Positions 10,157-19,286 are shown, counted from the stretch's first letter. The stretch is 64,000 bases of DNA from Flavobacteriales bacterium (GCA_965661345.1 CBFIDK010000001.1:74543-138542), one strand, 5' to 3'. Notes: generated by a model not told the origin, from the letters alone. Numbers and translations are program-made.

Positions 10157-11014
10157 TTAATATTCCCAGAGGTCGTGCTCAATATTAAAGATTTCTTCTT
10201 TAATTTTTTCTGCTTCTAACAATGCGTCGATTCCCTCTTTATATTCTGATATTTTTCTATCATATTTATTGGACTCTTTGACAATTCGACTGCTGAAAAA
10301 ACGTTTGTGAAATATGTCGTCATAGGTTAAACGTGCCGCATCATTTTTTCTGTGGTTGAAAACTTCAGCTTTTGAAAGTATTTTTCTCGCATCTGGAAAA
10401 TATACCCAGAACAAAGAGGTTTCACCAGTGTAAACACCATCTTCATTTTTACGGTCAATTACTGGACAGATTCCAATAATTCTTACTTCCATTACAGAGC
10501 GTTGCTTGTCAAAAAACCATTCTTCTTTTATTCTGTATTTTTTAACTTCATGTCTTTCAAAAATATTAAATGTAGTATCTAAATAATATTCTTGAGTATC
10601 AGGGTCGAATCGCTCTTCAACAGACATTTTCTCTCCCTCCATTATACCAATCATTTCTACTTCTGAAGGGGACATTGGCGACTGAAATTCGTCATCATTA
10701 GTAGCATTTCCATAAGCAGTAATTGTACCCTCATCAATTGCTTGCATTAAGACATCAATTAAATTCTGACGATCATTTATCGGTAATAATGGGTAGTAGA
10801 ATACTTGATTCATCTTTTCTCTTAAATCAATAACTCTTTCAATTTTAGTTGACCACATTACATCTGCCTCACGAACGTGCTGATAAGGCTGAATCATTCT
10901 TTCTTTACCACCATCACGAATATCTTTTTCATAAGCACCATCAAGAATATCTTGTGAATAAGCGACTTGCGAAAAACATATCAACGAAATAATTACTAAA
11001 ACAATATTTTTCAT
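10157..11014 (-). CDS. gldN: Gliding motility / T9SS periplasmic ring protein GldN (PorN)
   Basis: 285 aa with a signal peptide (cleavage AYS|QD). It is the fourth gene of the canonical gldK-L-M-N order. Confidence 0.85.
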   Translation of the reverse strand: MKNIVLVIISLICFSQVAYSQDILDGAYEKDIRDGGKERMIQPYQHVREADVMWSTKIERVIDLREKMNQVFYYPLLPINDRQNLIDVLMQAIDEGTITAYGNATNDDEFQSPMSPSEVEMIGIMEGEKMSVEERFDPDTQEYYLDTTFNIFERHEVKKYRIKEEWFFDKQRSVMEVRIIGICPVIDRKNEDGVYTGETSLFWVYFPDARKILSKAEVFNHRKNDAARLTYDDIFHKRFFSSRIVKESNKYDRKISEYKEGIDALLEAEKIKEEIFNIEHDLWEY

Positions 11015-11025
11015 AATAAAAAGAT

Positions 11026-12690
11026 TTAATTAACAGTAAGCTTTACTGAAGGCAACGACTTAGGCGCGCCATCAGGTCCCTTACAGGTAATATTAGTAAA
11101 ATATAAAACTGAGCCAATCTGAAGTGACTCAAATAACGTTTTCATTTCTTGTGTAACCTTGTTGCCTTTGGCATACTTAGTTACTAATTCACCTCTTTGT
11201 GTAACGTCAACTGAAAAACCAGTAATATTATATCTGATATCAAATACAAAGTTGGTTAATTCTGCATATAGTTTTGCGTTATTTGAAAGTAATTGGCTTT
11301 TTTTAATTTTTTGATTCTTTGAGCCTAGAAACTTTGGTTCAGGCTTAGGAGTTCTCATAACTCTATACTCAATAGAACCCATGTTTCTTTTCTTACCATC
11401 TATCTCAGCTGAAACACTAATTTTAGCTTTACCCGTTACCTTTGGAAAAACTTCCCAACCTCCCCCTCTAACTTTCTTAACTGAACCGTTATCACAACTC
11501 ACACTTAACTTATCACTTGGCACTCCAGGAACTGAAACGTCAATAGGATTTCCTAAGGCATCGTCTTTTAATGGATAACTAGCAAGTATATAAAAAACAT
11601 TCATCTTAGTAGGTGAAACAACTAAGCTGGCCTTAGCTACTTGATATTCTCCATCGAAAGGATATAATTTAGTGCCTGCATCGGTTTTCATAGCAATTAA
11701 ACCTCCCCATTTTTTGTACCCTTCAGAAGTAGCTTTAGTAGAATACTTTCCTTTGCCTGCAACAACAGGTATTGAATCATAATTACCAACCATGTTATAT
11801 TTTCCGTTTTCATCGACCTCATAGTCTCCTACATAAATGATTGGATTTTGGGTAGTATCTTTTGCGGCTAAAAATACATCTGCTTTAAAAGAATCGCCTA
11901 AGAAAACATAATTAGAAGTTGCTATTTGAATAGCATCAGCCGACGTAAATTTTAAGGACCCAGCATCAATTTCTTGCTGAAGATACTTTATCACATCTGA
12001 TTCAGCATTTCTTACATCAGTTTGAATTTTAGATAAAATGGTAACTGCGGCGATTAGTGGCATATCTTGGAAGTTTTGTTGAACCCAAGATAACATTCCA
12101 GAACCATATTTTTCTTTTCTTTCTTCAAATGAAAAAGTAGTTGTCAATGAAGACTGAATTGATAGCTCATCAACCATGTTTTTCAAAAACTCTCTATATT
12201 CTTCAAGACTTTCTTGAAGTATTTGTCCATTTCCCTTATTGATCATTAATTCACCTGGTCTCTCTCTATCTTTTTTACTGATAACATCAACCATCAGTTT
12301 TTTCTTCTGATCAGAACTTAAATCATCATAAGTAACATCTTCAATTGGTTCTTCACCTTCAAAAGTAACTTGCTTGTCAGAAAGCATTACCATATCAAAC
12401 TTGAGCCTCTGAATATCATCTACAATTTTATCGGCTTTTTCTTTCACGCTAAACGCTTTATCTCGCCATGGACCAGCTTTTGCCTCATTTGTTTCAGCAG
12501 CAGCTACAAAAGAAGAATAAACTTCATCATTTTTGCTGTTGAAATTTTGGGTTGTTTTTACAATCCCACCATTAATTTTTTGAAATGCGTCGAGAACCTC
12601 CTTAGAAACGTTCAGTGCTAACATCGCTGTTAGTACTAAATACATCATCCCAATCATTTTTTGCCTCGGCGATAAATTATTTCCTGCCAT
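11026..12690 (-). CDS. gldM: Gliding motility / T9SS motor-shaft protein GldM (PorM)
   Basis: 554 aa. The start MAGNNLSPRQKMIGMMYLVLTAMLALNVSKEVL is characteristic of GldM, with a single N-terminal TM followed by a long periplasmic region. Confidence 0.85.
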   Translation of the reverse strand: MAGNNLSPRQKMIGMMYLVLTAMLALNVSKEVLDAFQKINGGIVKTTQNFNSKNDEVYSSFVAAAETNEAKAGPWRDKAFSVKEKADKIVDDIQRLKFDMVMLSDKQVTFEGEEPIEDVTYDDLSSDQKKKLMVDVISKKDRERPGELMINKGNGQILQESLEEYREFLKNMVDELSIQSSLTTTFSFEERKEKYGSGMLSWVQQNFQDMPLIAAVTILSKIQTDVRNAESDVIKYLQQEIDAGSLKFTSADAIQIATSNYVFLGDSFKADVFLAAKDTTQNPIIYVGDYEVDENGKYNMVGNYDSIPVVAGKGKYSTKATSEGYKKWGGLIAMKTDAGTKLYPFDGEYQVAKASLVVSPTKMNVFYILASYPLKDDALGNPIDVSVPGVPSDKLSVSCDNGSVKKVRGGGWEVFPKVTGKAKISVSAEIDGKKRNMGSIEYRVMRTPKPEPKFLGSKNQKIKKSQLLSNNAKLYAELTNFVFDIRYNITGFSVDVTQRGELVTKYAKGNKVTQEMKTLFESLQIGSVLYFTNITCKGPDGAPKSLPSVKLTVN

Positions 12691-12723
12691 TAGATTTTTC
12701 TAATTTACTAGTGAAAATTAATT

Positions 12724-13350
12724 TTATTTATTACTCATTGCGCTAAGCATGTTCGCATACATCTTGTTAAGTGCTTCAAGATTAGCTCCTAATTTAGATA
12801 TCTCTACCTGGAACTTTTCAGAGTCTCCAACAGAATTGCCCATGTTTTGCATTGTTTTAAGTTGCAAATCGTAATATGTATTCATTTCAGCTAACTTTCT
12901 TGCAGCTTCACGCATTTGATCGCTGTAATCTCCTGTTGCTGATACAGCGTCCATAGATTTATTTACACCCTCAACCGTCTCGTTGAATGATCGTAAGTTG
13001 TCTCCTAACCTCGTAATTAAAGCTTGGTCTACATTTGCATTTTCAAGCATATTATCTAGTTCTTGAACTGGAGTTTTAGGCGTATTTTTAGATGACTTTT
13101 CGTCTGGGTCCTTCATGTATGCTAACTCTGGATAAACTAAACTCCAATCTGGATCTTCATGCGGTTTTTCGAAAGCAGAAAAGAAGAAAATTATCGCCTC
13201 TACAGAAAGACCAATAGTCAACATAGCTCCTGCTCCTGTCCAGTGTTGTAGCTTGAACAAGGCGCCAAGAATTACAATTGCAGCACCAAATCCATACAAC
13301 TTGGCCATGTTATTTTTAAATTTCTTTGAGTTAGGGTTTAATATTGCCAT
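12724..13350 (-). CDS. gldL: Gliding motility / T9SS motor protein GldL (PorL)
   Basis: 208 aa. It has two N-terminal TM helices (YGFGAAIVILGALFKLQHW and AMLTIGLSVEAIIFFFSAFE, the second with an intramembrane Glu) and a cytoplasmic tail. Confidence 0.85.
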   Translation of the reverse strand: MAILNPNSKKFKNNMAKLYGFGAAIVILGALFKLQHWTGAGAMLTIGLSVEAIIFFFSAFEKPHEDPDWSLVYPELAYMKDPDEKSSKNTPKTPVQELDNMLENANVDQALITRLGDNLRSFNETVEGVNKSMDAVSATGDYSDQMREAARKLAEMNTYYDLQLKTMQNMGNSVGDSEKFQVEISKLGANLEALNKMYANMLSAMSNK

Positions 13351-13380
13351 AATATATTTACTAAAAGTTTATTTATAAAA

Positions 13381-14679
13381 TTATCTAAAATCTGCTTTAT
13401 CTCTTCCAATGAATGAGATTACATTTCTAAAGCCAATATAGGACTTAGCAGTATCTTGATACTCATAATCTCTTGTTCCAACTTGAATGAAATGTGAAAT
13501 GTCTTTCCACGAACCTCCGCGTATTACTTTTCTCTTAAGAATTTGAGGATCTGTATCCTGAGCATCATAATTGAAATCCATGTTCATATCGTGTGAGAAA
13601 TTGAAAGCTGATTCGTCATATGCGTTACTAGTCCACTCAGCAACGTTACCAGACATATCGTATAGTCCAAAGTTATTTGGATTGTATGAGGCTACTTTTA
13701 CAGTTTTAATACCACCGTCAGCAACATAATTACCTCTTCTAGGCTTGAAATTCGCTAAGAAACAACCTACTTCGTTTGTTGTGTAAGGACCTCCCCAAGG
13801 GTATGGAGATAAATCAAAGCCACCTCTTGCAGCGTACTCCCACTCAGTCTCTGTAGGTAAACGGAATTCATCATGTAATGGCTCATCTCTTGACATTAAA
13901 TATTTATCAAGGATACTTGTTCTCCACTTTGAAAATGCAACCGCTTGTTTCCAACTTACACCCACTACTGGATAATCGTCAAATGATGGGTGGTGAAAAT
14001 AATTTCTTGACCAAGGGTCATTGTAAGAATATGTATAGTCAGATGTCCATACTAAAGTGTCAGGGAAAATATTAAGCTCAGGTTTTTCGATAAACACAGA
14101 TCTATCGTTCTTACCTTGCGCTTTATTTTCTTTTGATGACGCTCTTTGAATGTCAACATCTTCATATTTGAAGTTTAACTTTCTAGTATCAAATTCTCTT
14201 CTTGAGTAGAATCTTTCGTGTTCGGGCAAATACATTTCGTCTTCAAGCACTTCACGAACTTCTGAATCATCCCATCTTATTGGCCTATCCCAATCAATTC
14301 GTGGAGGATCAATGAAATTGCCATAGTCGTCTTCTTCAATGAGTTCATATCCTTCAACGCCATTCTCACCAAGTATTACTCGCGCAATAGAATCTCTTAC
14401 CCAAGATACAAACTGTCTGTATTCGTTATTTGTGATTTCAGTTTCGTCAATATAAAATGCCGCTACAGAAACTGTTTTGTGTTGTGTTACATGAGCATAA
14501 GGAACATCTTGATCACCAGGCCCCATATTAAAACTTCCCTGAGGAATAAATACCATTCCGTAAGGGTCAGTTGGATTCCAGATAGGTCTATTTTGAACGC
14601 CTATCAATTCACCATTGCCTGATGTGGAGCAGCTTGCTAACACTATCGCAACAAATCCAAAGACAAATAAATTTTTCAT
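13381..14679 (-). CDS. gldK: Gliding motility / T9SS lipoprotein GldK (PorK), FGE/sulfatase-modifying-factor fold
   Basis: The ORF track gives 13381..14730. I moved the start to ATG 14679, which yields the lipoprotein signal MKNLFVFGFVAIVLASC. FGE-type blocks are present (YPVVGVSWKQAVAFSKW, VIRGGSWKD). Confidence 0.9.
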   Translation of the reverse strand: MKNLFVFGFVAIVLASCSTSGNGELIGVQNRPIWNPTDPYGMVFIPQGSFNMGPGDQDVPYAHVTQHKTVSVAAFYIDETEITNNEYRQFVSWVRDSIARVILGENGVEGYELIEEDDYGNFIDPPRIDWDRPIRWDDSEVREVLEDEMYLPEHERFYSRREFDTRKLNFKYEDVDIQRASSKENKAQGKNDRSVFIEKPELNIFPDTLVWTSDYTYSYNDPWSRNYFHHPSFDDYPVVGVSWKQAVAFSKWRTSILDKYLMSRDEPLHDEFRLPTETEWEYAARGGFDLSPYPWGGPYTTNEVGCFLANFKPRRGNYVADGGIKTVKVASYNPNNFGLYDMSGNVAEWTSNAYDESAFNFSHDMNMDFNYDAQDTDPQILKRKVIRGGSWKDISHFIQVGTRDYEYQDTAKSYIGFRNVISFIGRDKADFR

Positions 14680-14730
14680 AATACTTTTATTTAGCCTCTT
14701 TAAGAGGGTTAATAATTCATTCAAAGCCAC

Positions 14731-14759
14731 AAAATCACCACTAAATTAGTGATGATTTT
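14731..14759 (-). promoter_or_regulatory. Strong hairpin (12 of 13 bp, 3-nt loop) in the porP-gldK spacer. Terminator/attenuator or structured gldK leader.
   Basis: AAAATCACCACTA-AAT-TAGTGATGATTTT. On the minus strand it is followed by GTGGCTTTG. A TATATTTG -7-type box (plus-strand CAAATATA at 14774-14781) lies just upstream on the minus strand. Confidence 0.45.
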
Positions 14760-14787
14760 ACTTTGGAAAGCAACAAATATAACATTT

Positions 14788-15693
14788 TTATAGGAATCTA
14801 GGGTTTTTAAATCCTTTGACAACCTTGTTATAATCTATTTTAAATTGATAACCTAACATAAACTCAAAGCTTCCAGATGTAGAAACATTGGTCGTTGGAA
14901 TATCATATGAGAATCCAAATTTTAAATCATCATTTATGTGCATACCTAGCAATAGAACAGCACGAGAACTAGGTCTATATGTAACTCCACCCCATATCTT
15001 TTTATTGTATTCAAGGATAGATGTTAAATCTAAGGTAGTTGTAACACCTTCTGTTTTAACAAGTAATGATGGTTTTACATCAATTTTTGGATTCAATTCG
15101 TGAACGTATCCTGCCGTTAAATAATAATGTCTTTTTACATCAATTATATCTACAGATGTGGCAATTGTTGGTTCATTAATGTGCTTTGAAGATAAACCAA
15201 CATAAACTTTATCAGAATTGAAAAATAAACCTGCGCCTAAATCAAAACTAGAGCCTTTTTCAGTAGAAGTTGGGATACTTGGATCTGGGTTTTGAGCAAT
15301 TATTCCGCTACCGTCAAGTCCATCCTGCATTACACCAACAGAAAGCCCTATACCTAAGTTACCACCTGCTAACTCAAATCTGTAAGCATAGGATAAGTTC
15401 AATGATAAAAATTCGTTTTGACCAATTTTGTCAGTAAGGATATTCAACCCAACACCGCCGTTTAACAATTGTAAAGGAGATTGAACAGATAAATTTGTTG
15501 TTACTGGAGCATCTTCAAAACCGACCCATTGACTACGGTGAAGTGCTGTAGCACAAATTGCCTCCTCATGTCCAGCCGATCCAGGGTTAAACGACAGATT
15601 ATTAAAAATATATTGACTGAATTGAGGATCTTGCTGAGCCCTAGAGTAAAAAGCTAGAAATAACAACAAGAATAGCAAAAAATATTTTTTCAT
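14788..15693 (-). CDS. PorP/SprF family T9SS outer-membrane protein
   Basis: The ORF track gives 14788..15720. Moving the start to ATG 15693 gives MKKYFLLFLLLFLAFYSRA|QQDPQFSQYIFNNLSFNPGSAG, the hallmark PorP/SprF N-terminus. It lies immediately upstream of gldK, as in the porP-porKLMN arrangement. Confidence 0.8.
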   Translation of the reverse strand: MKKYFLLFLLLFLAFYSRAQQDPQFSQYIFNNLSFNPGSAGHEEAICATALHRSQWVGFEDAPVTTNLSVQSPLQLLNGGVGLNILTDKIGQNEFLSLNLSYAYRFELAGGNLGIGLSVGVMQDGLDGSGIIAQNPDPSIPTSTEKGSSFDLGAGLFFNSDKVYVGLSSKHINEPTIATSVDIIDVKRHYYLTAGYVHELNPKIDVKPSLLVKTEGVTTTLDLTSILEYNKKIWGGVTYRPSSRAVLLLGMHINDDLKFGFSYDIPTTNVSTSGSFEFMLGYQFKIDYNKVVKGFKNPRFL

Positions 15694-15788
15694 AAAAGGT
15701 AACGTCAAAACGTTTATCACAATTAATATTCGGCTAAAATAACTATTTTTTTTAAGTAGAAAAACAAAAAAAAGTTATCGTTACAAGA

Positions 15789-16943
15789 TTAGTTCATTTT
15801 CTGAAATGCTTTCCACCACCTTTCTGGGACATCTCCTTTTACAGCTTTCATGTAATCAGAATAGGAACATGGCACATAATAACCCTCGTCAATTCCAGCT
15901 GGACTATTATTGATTAGTGGGATTTCCATCCACCATTTTTCCGTTTTTTTATTCTTGAAAAAACAGGCATTATACTCGCCATCTCTCATTGACACATGGT
16001 ATTTAACCATATCTTTATCAGTGGGCTTGAAGGTCTTCATCTTGTGGAAAAAACCATCGAAAAAACACCAAATCATTTGTGAAATTAACTTAGCTGTCTT
16101 TGAACCATCATCCGTAATTGAATGGTAATGATAAATACCTAAGGATTTTATTCTTCCACTAATGCCAGCATATCGCATTATCTGACAAATTTCTTCTGAA
16201 TAAAATCCATTTGGAGAGCCATCATCATTTGCTGGCGAGTCGGATAATCGAACACTATTCATGTCTATAGAAACTAAATCGGCATTGCGTAAAATCGGCT
16301 CAACCTCTTCTATTTGTTGACGGATTTCGCCTAGTCTGAAAGCGTCAAAATATAAGTCGTTAATGAGTTTTACCGAATTTTGCGGATTCAGATACGACTG
16401 ATAGCCAATGTTGGAATAATTAAATAAAACGTTTGGTTTAGAATTAATTATCTCTGACAGGTATGAACTGGATGGTTTTGATGTTTTCAAAAGCCCCAAA
16501 TCCAATCTTGAATCTACACTTACCAAGTTTGAGAGTTTCCCAAGATTTACACACGATTTATACTGTGCGATTGTCAAGTCTTGTGTTCCTCCAATGATTA
16601 GCGAAAATAAATTTCGGCGTTCACATTCAGACAATACATCTGTAAGCAATTGGTAGGTGTCTGCTATTTTTTCGCCAAGCACTAGATTACCTAAATCTGC
16701 TATTCGTAATCGTTCAGGACCTTCAAAGAGCTGGTATAAATCTGTTCTGATTTTCTGGAAATCTTCTGAAGGGTTAACATCTAAACTGCCCCGATACTCT
16801 GGAATACAGAAAATTACTAAATCGGCTTCTGAAAGATTAGGGAAATTTCCTTGAGTATAAGCCATGACCTCATTGCCAAGCTGACCAGCTTGATATTCAC
16901 TCTCGTCATGAGAAATAGGTCGAAAACTTAACTCAAATTCCAT
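15789..16943 (-). CDS. Arginase/formiminoglutamase-fold (ureohydrolase superfamily) protein with apparently degenerate metal-binding motifs
   Basis: 384 aa. The motif order resembles HutG/arginase, but the motifs read IIGGTQD (usual GGDHS/GGGHE), VSVDSRLD (usual DAHxD) and VSIDMNSVRLSDSPA (usual SxDxDxxDP). Its start abuts the topA stop. Confidence 0.55.
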   Translation of the reverse strand: MEFELSFRPISHDESEYQAGQLGNEVMAYTQGNFPNLSEADLVIFCIPEYRGSLDVNPSEDFQKIRTDLYQLFEGPERLRIADLGNLVLGEKIADTYQLLTDVLSECERRNLFSLIIGGTQDLTIAQYKSCVNLGKLSNLVSVDSRLDLGLLKTSKPSSSYLSEIINSKPNVLFNYSNIGYQSYLNPQNSVKLINDLYFDAFRLGEIRQQIEEVEPILRNADLVSIDMNSVRLSDSPANDDGSPNGFYSEEICQIMRYAGISGRIKSLGIYHYHSITDDGSKTAKLISQMIWCFFDGFFHKMKTFKPTDKDMVKYHVSMRDGEYNACFFKNKKTEKWWMEIPLINNSPAGIDEGYYVPCSYSDYMKAVKGDVPERWWKAFQKMN

Positions 16944-19253
16944 TTACTTTTTTTTGCTTTTTTCGGCTAATTCCAAGCACATTTCTCTAGTTAATGATTT
17001 TGGCTCAACATCCTTAGGAATTTTCACATTAGTCTTATTCTTTCTAGCACCTTCGCCAATTTGAATAAACGGACCATATCGACCGTTTAAAACCTGAACA
17101 AGAGGCTCGCCTTCAAAACGATTAATTGTTTTTTCGGCTTCAGCTTTTCGATGAGCTAAAATAAGCTCAATTGCTCTATTGATTTCGATGGTTAGAGGAT
17201 CATCTCCTTCATCTTTTTTAATAGAAACAAACTTACCTTTAAACCTCAAATACGGACCGAAACGACCAACAGAAGCGACCACCTCTTCTCCTTCGAATTC
17301 ACCAACATTTCTTGGTAATTTGAACAGCTTTAGAGACTGTTCAAGTGTTATAGTGGAAATGCTTTGGTCTGCAAGTAATGAAGCAAATCGAGGTTTCTTT
17401 TCATCGCTTACTTCACCAATTTGAGCCATTGGTCCAAAACGGCCAATTTTTACATATACATTTTCTCCTGTACCTGGCTCTTGTCCAAGAAGTCGCTGAC
17501 CTTTTGCTGATTCTGAATTATCGGCAACCTCATTTACAGTTTTTACAAAACCTTTGTAAAATTGACCAATCATTTCATTCCACACTTTCTCACCTTTAGC
17601 AATGTCATCAAACTCTTTTTCGACATCGGCTGTAAAACCATAATCCATGACATCAGAAAAATTAGCCTTAAGAAAATCTGTTACTACTATACCAATATCC
17701 GTTGGTTTCAACTTTGATTTATCAGAACCTGTTTTTTCTGTTTTGACAGATTCATCTACTTGATTTTCTTTCAACGATAAGAATACAAACGATTTTTTAA
17801 CCCCTTCACTCTGCCCTTTTACGACGTAGCCTCTGTTTTGAACAGTGGTAATTGTTGAAGCATAGGTCGAAGGACGACCAATACCCAATTCTTCAAGTCT
17901 TTTTACCAAACTAGCTTCAGTGTATCGTGACTTTGGCTTGCTGAATCGTTCCGTAGCAGTTATTTCTTTAGAACTAACATCCTCTCCTTGAAATAAGTTT
18001 GGCAGCATGCCATCTTGCTCTTCATTTTCATCATCTGAACTCTCCATGTAAACCTTCAAAAATCCATCGAATTTTATCATCTCGCCCTTTGCAACAAACT
18101 TTTCTTTTCGATTAGAAATAGTAATTTCAGCAGTAGTTCGCTCAAGCTGAGCATCAGCCATCTGTGAAGAAATTGTACGTTTCCAAATAAGATCGTATAA
18201 CCTCATTTGATTACGCTCTCCTTCAAATGATGAATGTGCTAAATTAGTAGGACGGATAGCTTCGTGTGCTTCCTGAGCACCTTTGGATTTAGTTGAATAC
18301 GACCTCACTTTTGAATAGTCAGCTCCGAAGGTAGATTCTATGTATTGAGAAGCCGATTTCACTGCTTCACCAGATAAATTTACACTATCGGTTCTCATAT
18401 AAGTTATTTTACCAGACTCATACAACTTTTGGGCTACGCTCATTGTTTGACCAACTGTAAAACCTAACTTTCTTGACGCTTCTTGTTGTAAAGTAGATGT
18501 AGTAAAAGGTGCTGAAGGTGATTTTTTGGCAGGCTTTTTATTTAAAGAAGAAATAGTAAAATCGGATGAAGCACACGAGTTTAAAAATGCAATGGCTTCT
18601 TCTTTTGTGTCAAATCTTTCAGATAAGTCAGCACTGAATACTTTGCCTTTACTGGATTTAAATTGAGCAGTAACTCTGTATGAAGATACACTTACAAAGT
18701 CAATTATTTCTTTTTCTCTTTCAACGATTAAGCGAACTGCAACGGACTGAACACGACCTGCAGATAAACCGTATTTGACCTTTTTCCAAAGAACTGGCGA
18801 TAACTCAAACCCCACGAGTCTATCTAGTACCCGTCGTGCTTGTTGTGCATTTACCAGATTAACATCAATTTTTCTAGGATTTTCTACCGCTTTATTGATA
18901 GCTGTTTTGGTAATTTCATTGAAAACAATTCGCTTTGTCTTGCTTTCTTCTAGCTCTAATGCTTCTAGCAAATGCCATGCAATAGCTTCTCCTTCACGGT
19001 CCTCATCCGTTGCTAGCCAAACCAGTTCTGACTTTTTTGATAATTTACTTAATTCATCGACTACTTTCTTTTTGTCAGTAGAAACTTCATAAGTAGGCAT
19101 AAAGCCATTTTCAATATCAATAGCCATTCCACCTTTTTTGGGTAAATCCCGTATGTGACCAATGCTTGATTTTACAATAAAGTCTTTACCTAAAAAACCT
19201 TCAATAGTTTTTGCTTTAGCTGGAGACTCGACAATTACTAGATTTTTTGCCAT
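16944..19253 (-). CDS. topA: DNA topoisomerase I
   Basis: 769 aa. It has the Toprim start LVIVESPAKAKTIEGFLG, DEDREGE and the active-site Tyr block ITYMRTDS. Three Cys-less C-terminal repeats are present (GRFGPMAQIG, GRFGPYLRFKG, GRYGPFIQIG). Confidence 0.95.
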   Translation of the reverse strand: MAKNLVIVESPAKAKTIEGFLGKDFIVKSSIGHIRDLPKKGGMAIDIENGFMPTYEVSTDKKKVVDELSKLSKKSELVWLATDEDREGEAIAWHLLEALELEESKTKRIVFNEITKTAINKAVENPRKIDVNLVNAQQARRVLDRLVGFELSPVLWKKVKYGLSAGRVQSVAVRLIVEREKEIIDFVSVSSYRVTAQFKSSKGKVFSADLSERFDTKEEAIAFLNSCASSDFTISSLNKKPAKKSPSAPFTTSTLQQEASRKLGFTVGQTMSVAQKLYESGKITYMRTDSVNLSGEAVKSASQYIESTFGADYSKVRSYSTKSKGAQEAHEAIRPTNLAHSSFEGERNQMRLYDLIWKRTISSQMADAQLERTTAEITISNRKEKFVAKGEMIKFDGFLKVYMESSDDENEEQDGMLPNLFQGEDVSSKEITATERFSKPKSRYTEASLVKRLEELGIGRPSTYASTITTVQNRGYVVKGQSEGVKKSFVFLSLKENQVDESVKTEKTGSDKSKLKPTDIGIVVTDFLKANFSDVMDYGFTADVEKEFDDIAKGEKVWNEMIGQFYKGFVKTVNEVADNSESAKGQRLLGQEPGTGENVYVKIGRFGPMAQIGEVSDEKKPRFASLLADQSISTITLEQSLKLFKLPRNVGEFEGEEVVASVGRFGPYLRFKGKFVSIKKDEGDDPLTIEINRAIELILAHRKAEAEKTINRFEGEPLVQVLNGRYGPFIQIGEGARKNKTNVKIPKDVEPKSLTREMCLELAEKSKKK

Positions 19254-19286
19254 GAGAGAATAAGTTGTTTTCGTTTAAATTAGGTG

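Noticed and set aside
14725-14740. A sigma-54-like TGGTGA-N5-TGGCT (minus strand) upstream of gldK
   Set aside because: It matches 3/6 at -24 and 3/4 at -12 and is not convincing without experimental or comparative support.
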